DNA of 64,000 bases from a virus (Duplodnaviria; Caudoviricetes). Where the stretch lies: positions 128,001 to 192,000 of the IMG/VR virus record IMGVR_UViG_3300021387_001774; one strand, given 5' to 3'. A model generated the notes under the pieces. It saw only the letters and a program-made list of their open reading frames with translations, did not search any database and was not told the DNA's origin. Positions 1 to 8,993 of the stretch are shown here, piece by piece; position 1 is the first letter of the stretch, and the number at the start of each line of letters is the position of its first letter. The position numbers were made by a program, and so were the translations under genes.

Positions 1-23
1 CAAAATGAATCCTCCAAAAAATT

Positions 24-45
24 AAAGGCACTTAAAAGTGCCTTT
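24..45 (-). terminator. Intrinsic terminator hairpin
   Basis: AAAGGCAC-ttaaaa-GTGCCTTT inverted repeat just downstream of the small minus-strand ORF 53..202. Confidence 0.65.
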
Positions 46-52
46 TTAGATA

Positions 53-202
53 TTAAGTGTTGAGAGTCTTTTCCAACTCTTCTTTCTTTTTCTTATTGTT
101 ATAATAAGTTTCTATTCTTTGATACTTGACACAAAGCTTACATTTTCCATTTTTATAATGTGGTGTTAATCCATGATGAATACAGAATTTTAGGTTATTC
201 AT
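53..202 (-). CDS. Small 49-aa Cys/His (zinc-finger-like) protein, below ORF-track cutoff
   Basis: Own translation MNNLKFCIHHGLTPHYKNGKCKLCVKYQRIETYYNNKKKKEELEKTLNT; CxxHG...CxxC pattern; GAGG upstream; directly follows RNase H. Confidence 0.55.
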   Translation of the reverse strand: MNNLKFCIHHGLTPHYKNGKCKLCVKYQRIETYYNNKKKKEELEKTLNT

Positions 203-214
203 ATTGTGCCTCAT

Positions 215-826
215 TTATTTTCGCTTAATATTATTCTCTATACAGAAATCATCCATAAGTTTTCTACAATTAATATCTACTCTTTCATTTCCTTCTACAC
301 CACTATGACCTGCAACTTTTTCATAAGATATTTTTCTACTGATATTCAAATCATATAATCTTTGCCAAAGTTTTAGATTCTTAATTTCTATCTCTTTACC
401 TTTATCATCATATCTTTTCCAATCATTTGCTTTCCATTTTTTAGACCAGAATAAAATTCCGAATCTCACATAATCTGAATCAAGACAAATTGTACACCAT
501 TTATCCTTTGGAATACCCAGTTCATCCAAATATTCTAAAGCTTTAATTACTGCCATGAGTTCCATAGCATTGTTGGTAGCATCGTCACAAGCTTCCCCAT
601 ATATTTCGTTGGTATTTTCATCATAAAATGACCATGCTCCAACATATCTTTTTCTTTCTGCAGTTGGTATAATTCTGGAACCACCATCAGTATAAATTTT
701 CTTTACACATTCAGGTGGTCTAAATTCTTTTTTCTTAGCTCTAAAGTCTGAAGACTTAGGCTTATATTTTTGTATTTCACTCGGTTCCCATTTAATTTCT
801 CCCTCATCGAAAGTCACTTCTTTCAT
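215..826 (-). CDS. rnhA: Ribonuclease HI
   Basis: IYTDGGS, TNNAMELMAVIKAL, DSDYV, KNLKLWQRL and VAGHSGVEGNERVD match the RNase HI catalytic motifs. Confidence 0.93.
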   Translation of the reverse strand: MKEVTFDEGEIKWEPSEIQKYKPKSSDFRAKKKEFRPPECVKKIYTDGGSRIIPTAERKRYVGAWSFYDENTNEIYGEACDDATNNAMELMAVIKALEYLDELGIPKDKWCTICLDSDYVRFGILFWSKKWKANDWKRYDDKGKEIEIKNLKLWQRLYDLNISRKISYEKVAGHSGVEGNERVDINCRKLMDDFCIENNIKRK

Positions 827-962
827 GGTTTACCTGCCTGATTCTTTTAAGACTTCTTTATCAAATAAAGACTGTTCTTCACAGAACCCATAAGTAGTTT
901 TCTTGGAAGAATGTTTCATCTTCCAAGATTTAAACAGTCTTACCAAGAACTGTTTAATAATA

Positions 963-1478
963 CTACTCACTCTTCTTTCCTTTGATAAAATTCTTGATGA
1001 TTTCATCTTGCTGAGCTTTAGTTTTATTCTTTGATGCAGATTTTGCTTCTTCCATAGCTGTGTCAACTGCGTAGCTAGCACATCCCAAGAAATTTCCAAC
1101 GATTGCTCCACCGGCCATACCAACAAATATTGTAGAACCAATTTGTCTAATTCTACAATTACGTCTATTTTTCTTCAAAGCTTTTTCATGTGATATTTCA
1201 AGTTCTTTAATATTAGTATCATATTCTTCTTGTGTTATATCGCCATTTGCAAGGCGATATTTCTCATGTTCATAAGCTGCGTTAAAACCTGCATTAATTT
1301 CATGTGCGAAATTATCTTTCGTTGCTTCTGCTGAAGACCACAAAAGATCTGATGTAATAAGAGATGTTGCTACAGTACCGGCTGCGAATAAAGTAGACTT
1401 TCTCTTAAGTGATCTCAATTCTTTGTTCTCTGGTTTCTTAAGAAACTCTTTAAGTTCTTTCTTTTCTTCTTTGGTCAT
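963..1478 (-). CDS. Hypothetical protein with two hydrophobic/glycine-rich segments
   Basis: Start moved to ATG 1478 (SD AAGGAGGG at 1486-1493); segments LFAAGTVATSLI and IFVGMAGGAIVGNFLG; own promoter motif at 1533-1542. Confidence 0.65.
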   Translation of the reverse strand: MTKEEKKELKEFLKKPENKELRSLKRKSTLFAAGTVATSLITSDLLWSSAEATKDNFAHEINAGFNAAYEHEKYRLANGDITQEEYDTNIKELEISHEKALKKNRRNCRIRQIGSTIFVGMAGGAIVGNFLGCASYAVDTAMEEAKSASKNKTKAQQDEIIKNFIKGKKSE

Positions 1479-1532
1479 ATTTTGACCCTCCTTAAAATAT
1501 AATTTAACAGAATATATCTTTCTGTCACTCAT

Positions 1533-1542
1533 ATAATATATA
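1533..1542 (-). promoter_or_regulatory. Phage promoter motif TATATATTAT
   Basis: Exact 10-mer that recurs in intergenic DNA upstream of genes across the window. Confidence 0.65.
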
Positions 1543-1548
1543 ATTATA

Positions 1549-1577
1549 AAAAGAGTTGGTATTTAACCAACTCTTTT
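1549..1577 (-). terminator. Intrinsic terminator
   Basis: AAAAGAGTTGGT-attta-ACCAACTCTTTT 12-bp stem immediately after the stop of the 1582 ORF. Confidence 0.75.
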
Positions 1578-1581
1578 ATTT

Positions 1582-3654
1582 TTATTTATATTCTTTAGCT
1601 AATACTTCGTTTGTACGATGTTGATCTTTTAATATATAATATTGCTCATCTTTATCAAACTTATTCAAATTTACACATAACATGAATTTCTTTGTTTCTC
1701 TATTGAATATATAGAACTGATATTCTGGATCAGGTTTCAGTACTTCTTCACGATTTATAGCAAAGAAATCATTCTTGTCTTTAAAATAAAATTGTAGATC
1801 GTCTCTTACTTCTACTACTTCTGCTAGTACAGGTATAAAATCTCCATCAACACTCTTTGTATAGTATTGATAATCTGGCGAAGCAATGCAGAAATCTTGT
1901 GTCTTTATAGGTACGAATGTATCGTTCTCGAGACTCTTTACAAGATAATGCCATCCTCTACGATGTGCAAACTTCCAGAAGTATTCACTACCTACAGTTA
2001 AGAAGAAAGTTTTATCATAATAAAATCTAGAGCCATTTTCATCTACACCATCAAGTGTTGCTGTAAATGAATCATTATCTTTAGTAGAAGTACCATCGCT
2101 ACCATTATTACTAGTACTATCATCAAGATAATATTGTTTTGTAATTGGATTATATCTATAAGTACCTGTTCCAAATTTACTTTTCTTTGTATGAGTTATA
2201 TATTGGAAAAGTATTTTATAAACATTTCCTTTACCCATATTTATAATATCTTTAAATGTAGTTCCAGTTTTATCAAGAATAATACCAGCATTATAAAGTT
2301 TATTTAAAATATATTCAATCTTTGTTTGATATATTTCCTTATTTATAAAAATATCGATATAATATGGAACCATAAGATCACAATCATGTACTGTAATAGT
2401 AAAATTCTCATCAACTTCATATTTGTCTTTTGATAATGGTTCATTATGTTTATAAATATCTATATCAAAAAGTCTGTTAAACTCTTCTTTACTTTTTATT
2501 GTATCTAATAACGCACTTATTATATAATAAGCTGAAGGAGTATCATTTGGATCTATTACTTCATCGAGGATGTTGAACTTTTCTTCTTTAGTACTCATCA
2601 TAATTTCATATTCTGTATAAAATAGATTCCAACGTTTATCTACTGTTAATCTTTTACGATCATCTTTAAACACTTCTTTAAAAGTCATTATATTAGAACG
2701 ATTCTTATAATCCTTTGTAGAAGACAGTCGGATGTAATGATCGTTCTTTCTTCCACGAATTATAGCTGGTACATTAGTAATAAAACTAATAGGGTTAGCA
2801 TATTCCATCCAACCTGAAGTTGTAACTTCAAATCCGGTATAAGCTCCACCTTTTTTAGTACCTTCATCACCATCAGGACGTTCTATTCTAAATGTGATAT
2901 ATTGTGTTCTTGCTAATGAATACACATAATTCGTAACGCCTGTTTCTGTATCTTGTTCTCTAAATGGTTTAATAGCTTTATTAGAAAAATCATAAAGATA
3001 TTCTGTAAAACGATCATTAATTCTATTTCGATAATTTCGTTTATCCTCAGAATCTCCAACCATTTTTTCTAGCATATCCATCTCATATTTAAATACAGAT
3101 TTCTTTATATATTCCATCATTAAGTTTGGAAGTAATATCTTTGTTTCTACTGGAATAACTTGAACATACATGTGTTTAAGATTTGAATCACAGTAGTTAA
3201 ACATAGAAAGTTGATCAGCCTTGGTTTGTAATTGTATTCTAATATCAAAATTATTTCTAATAGTATAATCATTAGAACAAAGAATTACACCATATGGATC
3301 ATAAAAGAAAGGTTTATATCCGGTAAGATCTGTATCAATCATAAATGCACCAGGTTGTTGATTAGGATTCCAGAAGTTACCAAATACTTCGTCCATATTA
3401 TTTTTACCCTGATTAACATTCATTCTAAGAGCAGGCTGTAAAATCTTTTGACCTGGAGCAGTTTTCTGTAATTCTCCCGTTTGTTCATTAATTATGTATG
3501 ATGAAGCGGCGGAAGATTGTGTATTTAAGAAAATATGATTAAAAAATCCAGGAGAGAATCTACTTATAAACCATTCTAGAACTCTCTTAGCTATATCATC
3601 TTGAAATATTTTATTACTTGTTGATGGGAATGTTCCCAAACGTATTGTTCCCAT
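1582..3654 (-). CDS. Large hypothetical protein, probable virion structural protein
   Basis: ~690-aa ORF; start at ATG 3654 with GAGGTG SD; C-terminal Tyr-rich repeats shared with the 45575 and 49753 ORFs; structural role is inference. Confidence 0.6.
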   Translation of the reverse strand: MGTIRLGTFPSTSNKIFQDDIAKRVLEWFISRFSPGFFNHIFLNTQSSAASSYIINEQTGELQKTAPGQKILQPALRMNVNQGKNNMDEVFGNFWNPNQQPGAFMIDTDLTGYKPFFYDPYGVILCSNDYTIRNNFDIRIQLQTKADQLSMFNYCDSNLKHMYVQVIPVETKILLPNLMMEYIKKSVFKYEMDMLEKMVGDSEDKRNYRNRINDRFTEYLYDFSNKAIKPFREQDTETGVTNYVYSLARTQYITFRIERPDGDEGTKKGGAYTGFEVTTSGWMEYANPISFITNVPAIIRGRKNDHYIRLSSTKDYKNRSNIMTFKEVFKDDRKRLTVDKRWNLFYTEYEIMMSTKEEKFNILDEVIDPNDTPSAYYIISALLDTIKSKEEFNRLFDIDIYKHNEPLSKDKYEVDENFTITVHDCDLMVPYYIDIFINKEIYQTKIEYILNKLYNAGIILDKTGTTFKDIINMGKGNVYKILFQYITHTKKSKFGTGTYRYNPITKQYYLDDSTSNNGSDGTSTKDNDSFTATLDGVDENGSRFYYDKTFFLTVGSEYFWKFAHRRGWHYLVKSLENDTFVPIKTQDFCIASPDYQYYTKSVDGDFIPVLAEVVEVRDDLQFYFKDKNDFFAINREEVLKPDPEYQFYIFNRETKKFMLCVNLNKFDKDEQYYILKDQHRTNEVLAKEYK

Positions 3655-3699
3655 AGTAAAACACCTCATTTATCATCGTTTATATTCCTTTGTCTTCAA

Positions 3700-4063
3700 T
3701 TACTGTTCAAACTATATAGTCTAATTATATTTATGGAAGATAGAAATAGAGTAGGGTGCTGTAACACCCTACTCTATAAATTTAATTATCTTTCAAGGAG
3801 GTGATTTTTATGTATCAGTACTGGTATTCCATAAACGACAATGGGGTACTAAAATCAGATTATACTTATCTTACGAGAGATGAGTATATTAAGGTTACTG
3901 GACATACTCCAGAATTCATGGGAGCATATAGAGTTGCATAACTTTACTCTCATGAAACCTTATCGAAGAAAGATAATATACTATAATGTATATTTATTAA
4001 TTAAAAAAATAAACTCTCAGAGATATCTGAGAGTTTAACAGGTCAACTAACAGTACCTGTTTT
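3700..4063 (+). repeat. Copy 1 of duplicated structured small-ORF cassette
   Basis: Shares near-identical ~105-nt leader, 3' AAGAAAGATAATATACTATAATGTATATT block and two terminal hairpins with 45136-45573. Confidence 0.9.
3810..3941 (+). CDS. 43-aa peptide of cassette copy 1
   Basis: SD AAGGAGGTGA at 3795-3804; MYQYWYSINDNGVLKSDYTYLTRDEYIKVTGHTPEFMGAYRVA; homologous to 45252..45419. Confidence 0.8.
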   Translation: MYQYWYSINDNGVLKSDYTYLTRDEYIKVTGHTPEFMGAYRVA

Positions 4064-4100
4064 ATTTTTTATCATTCAAGTTTATATGTTACATAGAGTG

Positions 4101-4304
4101 TTAATGGATCTCCAAGATTCTGAATATATGAGGATCTCCAAAATGACAACGTTTATCATTTTTACATTTTTTCAAATATGGACACCGCATTTTCATAGAT
4201 GTAGGACATCTTACAAAAGGAGGAACCCTATACTTATCTACAGTTTCTTTAGCTTTTTCTTTAATCTCTTTCATAATCTTCATAGAAATTTGTTTTGTTT
4301 TCAT
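4101..4304 (-). CDS. Small Cys-rich hypothetical protein (67 aa)
   Basis: ATG 4304 with AAGGAG SD; CPTSMKMRCPYLKKCKNDKRCH suggests metal binding. Confidence 0.6.
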   Translation of the reverse strand: MKTKQISMKIMKEIKEKAKETVDKYRVPPFVRCPTSMKMRCPYLKKCKNDKRCHFGDPHIFRILEIH

Positions 4305-4314
4305 ATTATTCTCC

Positions 4315-5826
4315 TTAGTTCTTAATAAGAACTGGATCGATATTGAATATCTTTTTATCCATATCGAATGTATCACATAAAGGACAAATGTAATGAGACA
4401 AACCAGGAGCACCAGCAGACTGTCCTTCAATAAGATTGATATTTCCTAGGTAGTCAATTGGGAATCTTCTTAAATTTGTACTTACTCTACTCGTCTTTTC
4501 TGATGGAGAACCAGCTCCAGTCTTTGTAGCCATTAATAATGTATTTGTTAATGAATCGTCATTCGATTCACTAGAGAATTTAGCAATATTCATACCAGTT
4601 ACTTCTGGTGAAATCTTACCAATAATACTATTGATAATAATCGTTGATTTAATTTTGAATACATCCAATAGACCGTCAATAGATTTAAGTTTTTCTGGTG
4701 TGTTAATAAATCTGTAAATCTTTTGTGTAAACATCTTGATAAACGGGGAAATAAGATATTCAGATAAACGAATACGTTTATTCTGTAATCCATCATCTTT
4801 CGAAGTTAATGTTGCATAGTTTACAAATATCCATCTAGTTACTGAAAATATATTATTTCTTTCTGTTCCAGGTACCAATTGTCTAATAATACCTGCTGTA
4901 TGGAAATCCAAAGCGTTAATAAATGTTTTAAGTAATGCTACACCTTTATCTAATGATTTCTGGATATTAAGATTTTCACCAAGTAATGATGTCCATCTTA
5001 CAGGATTTCTAATATAATTCATATCCATTGTACGTTTTTGTGTAGCAAGAATCGTTGCTACAAACTGTTGTAATACACGATTTTTGTCAAATGCTTCTTT
5101 ATCGACTCCAAGGAATACTGATCCAAACTTGAATACATACTTATCCTTAGGGATTCCTGTACCGACATCTCCTGAATAGATTTCTATATATTTTTCTGCA
5201 CCAAAGTATTTTAATGTTTTAAAGAAACCATATCTAGCAAAATAATATATTAATACTGGAATAGATTTCCTTTCAGTAATATAGATCATGATCTTAGAAG
5301 TAATATATTTATTACCATAAATGTCAGTAATAGTAGCTTTTTCACGTTCGAATTTTATAGCTCTTGTAATCGTTTTAAGAACCAAAACATTTTTCTTTGT
5401 AAATGTAATAGCGTCAATAATTTGTAATGGACAAGAATATTTATTTCCTCTAATATAGAAATGAGCATTATCATACAACATTGGAACCCAAATTGAGAAT
5501 GATTGTTTAACTTTCTGATTACCAAACATACATTCAAATTCAAATATAGCTTCTTTAGCATATGTATCAGAAATATGAATATGAACTTCGTTCTTAGGTG
5601 CGGTTTTAACTCCACCATCATCTTTATTCATATCAAGCATTTTAGAACGAATATTCTGATATCGATATCCATTATACCTGATATATTCTGGTGCTAACTG
5701 TACAATAGCTTTACAAGCTTCATCGATATACTTGGCCATTTCATCATTAGCACGCATATTATAAATAAGATCATTATTGAACTTATTATCATTAATCCTT
5801 GAAAAGTTTGCTATCACATCTAACAT
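4315..5826 (-). CDS. Phage multisubunit RNA polymerase beta subunit, N-terminal half (non-virion type, phiKZ gp123/AR9 gp105-like)
   Basis: FYIRGNKY, NKRIRLSEYL, and RRFPIDYLGNINLIEGQSAGAPG, which corresponds to the beta motif R.vHpshyGRicpieTpeGpniG. Confidence 0.8.
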   Translation of the reverse strand: MLDVIANFSRINDNKFNNDLIYNMRANDEMAKYIDEACKAIVQLAPEYIRYNGYRYQNIRSKMLDMNKDDGGVKTAPKNEVHIHISDTYAKEAIFEFECMFGNQKVKQSFSIWVPMLYDNAHFYIRGNKYSCPLQIIDAITFTKKNVLVLKTITRAIKFEREKATITDIYGNKYITSKIMIYITERKSIPVLIYYFARYGFFKTLKYFGAEKYIEIYSGDVGTGIPKDKYVFKFGSVFLGVDKEAFDKNRVLQQFVATILATQKRTMDMNYIRNPVRWTSLLGENLNIQKSLDKGVALLKTFINALDFHTAGIIRQLVPGTERNNIFSVTRWIFVNYATLTSKDDGLQNKRIRLSEYLISPFIKMFTQKIYRFINTPEKLKSIDGLLDVFKIKSTIIINSIIGKISPEVTGMNIAKFSSESNDDSLTNTLLMATKTGAGSPSEKTSRVSTNLRRFPIDYLGNINLIEGQSAGAPGLSHYICPLCDTFDMDKKIFNIDPVLIKN

Positions 5827-6048
5827 TTATTTTGACTCCTTTCTTCGTCGTTGTTTAGCAAGATATTTTAGTCTCTCTTTACGAGACATATGTTTCAGTT
5901 TATCATATGGAGGATTAGCCATTCCTTTCATATGAGTTTTCTCAAATGTTATAGTTTTACTTTCCCTTTCATCATTTGGTAAAAATAAATTATACATACT
6001 CATCGCAGCCATAATTGGTAGAAGTCGTTTATGTGTATTACTATCCAA
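5827..6048 (-). CDS. Small basic hypothetical protein
   Basis: 73-aa ORF, TTG start behind GGAGG, abuts the RNAP gene. Confidence 0.55.
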   Translation of the reverse strand: MDSNTHKRLLPIMAAMSMYNLFLPNDERESKTITFEKTHMKGMANPPYDKLKHMSRKERLKYLAKQRRRKESK

Positions 6049-6097
6049 AAATAAACCTCCAAAAATTATATAGAAATATTAAAGACTTTTTAAAATT

Positions 6098-6122
6098 CTA
6101 CTAGGACAAATTGTCCTAGTAG
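6098..6122 (-). terminator. Hairpin downstream of ligase
   Basis: CTACTAGGACAA-a-TTGTCCTAGTAG inverted repeat. Confidence 0.6.
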
Positions 6123-6129
6123 TTATAAA

Positions 6130-8082
6130 TTAATATTTTTGTACGAGTTTTAAGAACTCTTCTGGACTTATTATAGGTACTTTATATTTCATAGCTTTTA
6201 GTACCTTCGATGTAGATTTTTCATTAGTCACTAAGTAATTTGTTGATGTTTTAACATCTTTATCATATCTAAATGCTATATTTGTATTAAATACAGTTTT
6301 CACAAACTTATCTTTTGACTCAAATCCTTGTACTTCACCTGAGATACAATATGTAATTGTATTATCATTTGGATCTTCCACATCATGAAAATAATTCTTA
6401 CAGAGTTCCATAGATTTCTCTAAATCCATACGTTTCTGTTTATCATTATACCATTTCATAAGAGTTATATCAAATACTTCTTCAAGTACTGGTTTCTTTT
6501 TAAGAGTTTCACAATAATCTATAAACATCTTATAAGATCTGATACTGTGATCAAGCAAAGATGTTTCACCAATATACGGAATATTCATTGCTGCTATAAG
6601 TTTTATTTCCGTAAGATTATCAAACATATTCTCTAAAGCTTTCTTGAAAATGATTGGCCTTTTACCGCCACCATCTGGATCATTATCATAGAATACATTT
6701 ATTTTGCTTTCGTATTTGTAAGTTCCATTGATTGGTCTAAAGTTTTCAAAGAATGTATACAAATATAATTCTTTATTTTCTTCAGCAATCATATCAGAAA
6801 TACCTTTAATAACTGCTTCACCAATATTCTTTCCATCAAGAATCTTAACTAGATTCTCTAACTTAGAATTATATACTGCTTTACATCCAAATTCATTATC
6901 ACACATTAAATCTTGATATATCGGAACTAATTTCTTTCCACAACATGGACAATGTTCGATATCGATATACTTTATATCTACACCAGGCTTATTATAGCAA
7001 TCAAATATTTTTGGAATTACATCATTAGCTCTTTTTACAAGAACTGTAGTTCCAATACCTATATTCTTTTTCTTTATATTCTGATAATTATCAAGTGTAG
7101 CCCTACTAACATTTGTATCTAACAAAGTTATTGGTTTTATTTCTGCTACAAATGAAACTTTACGCCTATTAACATATGGAATTATATTTACTATTTCTGA
7201 TTCGGCAAATTCTGCTGGAGGTTTAAGAGCCATATTAAAACGATTGAACGAAGATATCTTATATCTAGAATTCAAATCATTATATGTGTTCTGATCTCCG
7301 TCAATTGTCATTATGATACCATCAGTTTCATAAGGCCACTTATTTCTATAAAGACTTACATATTTATTATAGATCTCTGTAACATTTGAAGTCCTTTCTA
7401 CAGGAACTATGTAAAAATGTTGATCAAGATCTGTCAATATTTGATTTATTTTCTTTATTTTATCTCCACGATTTGTGAATTCAAATTGTTTATCATAAGT
7501 ATGTGTATCATATATTACAAATGAAACATAATTGACTTCTGGGGTATATTCTTTTCTTTTCATTATACCAGAACATACATTTCGTAATGGACCATTAAAA
7601 CGATTTCTATGTTTTTTGAATATAATAAATTCTCCACGTAATTCTGAATTAGGTAAATACTTTGTTGGAACTCCATCTATCATTTTACCAAATGGTACAA
7701 GAGCTCCAACTAAACCATCACCTCTTGTAGAAGCAAATTCATAATTACCTTTTGAATCATATACTATCTTTCCAGATATACCGTCAAGTTTTGGATCTAT
7801 CCACACCGATTGTAATCTAAGACTATTATACCATTTCTCTGCGTCTTCGGCTGTCTGAACTTTTTGCATAGATAGCATCGGTATTCTATGCTCAACTTCT
7901 TCAGAATCTTTAGATACTTTATTTCCTACTTTATCAAAGTAGGGATTATTAGGATCTAAAGTTTTCAATCTTCTTTCATAAAAATCAAATTCCTCATCGG
8001 GGATATCTGATTCACCATTATAATATTTTTCTCTATATACATTAAGCTTTTTGACTAAGTCATTAATTTCATTAGTAACCAT
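6130..8082 (-). CDS. ligA: NAD-dependent DNA ligase
   Basis: YYNGESDIPDEEFD, HRIPMLSMQK, KLDG adenylation motif, ELRGE, DGII, RATL, Cys4 zinc finger and C-terminal BRCT-like domain. Confidence 0.95.
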   Translation of the reverse strand: MVTNEINDLVKKLNVYREKYYNGESDIPDEEFDFYERRLKTLDPNNPYFDKVGNKVSKDSEEVEHRIPMLSMQKVQTAEDAEKWYNSLRLQSVWIDPKLDGISGKIVYDSKGNYEFASTRGDGLVGALVPFGKMIDGVPTKYLPNSELRGEFIIFKKHRNRFNGPLRNVCSGIMKRKEYTPEVNYVSFVIYDTHTYDKQFEFTNRGDKIKKINQILTDLDQHFYIVPVERTSNVTEIYNKYVSLYRNKWPYETDGIIMTIDGDQNTYNDLNSRYKISSFNRFNMALKPPAEFAESEIVNIIPYVNRRKVSFVAEIKPITLLDTNVSRATLDNYQNIKKKNIGIGTTVLVKRANDVIPKIFDCYNKPGVDIKYIDIEHCPCCGKKLVPIYQDLMCDNEFGCKAVYNSKLENLVKILDGKNIGEAVIKGISDMIAEENKELYLYTFFENFRPINGTYKYESKINVFYDNDPDGGGKRPIIFKKALENMFDNLTEIKLIAAMNIPYIGETSLLDHSIRSYKMFIDYCETLKKKPVLEEVFDITLMKWYNDKQKRMDLEKSMELCKNYFHDVEDPNDNTITYCISGEVQGFESKDKFVKTVFNTNIAFRYDKDVKTSTNYLVTNEKSTSKVLKAMKYKVPIISPEEFLKLVQKY

Positions 8083-8175
8083 ACTAATTTCCTCCGTATA
8101 TTACTTTAATAATATATATTTAAGAAAAAAATAAAAAGAGCAGAATTAACTACTCTTTTTATTTAAAATGTGAAA

Positions 8176-8646
8176 TCATTCAATATAACCATCTTCTAAC
8201 CGTTTGATAACAACTTCCATAGCATCATCGATATTCATTTCTAAACAATTTTCAAGACAAATAGATATGCATTTGAAATTAAGATCTGATATACATTCAT
8301 TATTTATCGTTAAATATGGACTATAATAATGCATGTCAACATATCCTGGTTTAACTTTAGCATAATTATAAATACTAAAATGCGTATCAAATATATTCGT
8401 AAAACTCTCAACAATATCTATATTTGTTTCAAATGTGATTTTTATATAATTACATCGATTGTTATATCTTATAAATATATCATCTATATTTTCAACATCT
8501 TTCAATAATGTAGCTAATGCTCTCATACCTTTCGTCAGTTTTGCAGATTTTGCTATTTTTTCCTGTCTTTTTCTCTCTTCTTTTGCTTCTTCAATAGTCT
8601 TGCGTTTATCATCACATTTTTTCAATAAATCTCCATACTTACCCAT
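8176..8646 (-). CDS. Hypothetical protein
   Basis: 156-aa ORF with AGGAGG SD, own promoter and terminator. Confidence 0.7.
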   Translation of the reverse strand: MGKYGDLLKKCDDKRKTIEEAKEERKRQEKIAKSAKLTKGMRALATLLKDVENIDDIFIRYNNRCNYIKITFETNIDIVESFTNIFDTHFSIYNYAKVKPGYVDMHYYSPYLTINNECISDLNFKCISICLENCLEMNIDDAMEVVIKRLEDGYIE

Positions 8647-8748
8647 AGTATTATCCTCCTAAATTATTATAATAAGTACAACGTACTCATTAATATAATA
8701 TATAATTAAAAAAAGAGAGATTATTATAATCCCTCTTTCAATAAGCTA

Positions 8749-8850
8749 CTAATATTTCATTAGTAACTTTTCATAATAATTCACTGCAGCTAATGCAGCT
8801 ACAGTGAATCCTAGCATTATGATCCCTGTGATTACAACTAAATTGATCAT
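8749..8850 (-). CDS. 33-aa single-transmembrane peptide
   Basis: MINLVVITGIIMLGFTVAALAAVNYYEKLLMKY; AGGAG SD; own promoter (8914-8923), 5' hairpin and terminator. Confidence 0.65.
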   Translation of the reverse strand: MINLVVITGIIMLGFTVAALAAVNYYEKLLMKY

Positions 8851-8993
8851 TTTTAATCTCCTATGTTTTTATAATTTCCGGAAATAGAGTCTTTCTCTAT
8901 TCCTTACATTAATATAATATATAATCAACATAGGAGGTTTAACAGTAGTTAAAAAAAATAAAGGTGGAGTATAAATTCCACCTTTATTCTATC

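Noticed and set aside
830-1141. 103-aa ORF as tracked
   Set aside because: Mostly overlaps the 963 gene out of frame; only a ~46-aa GTG-initiated tail might be real, and support is too weak
3700-4063. Cassette as IS/MITE
   Set aside because: No terminal inverted repeats, target-site duplication or transposase visible; mobility cannot be excluded but is unsupported
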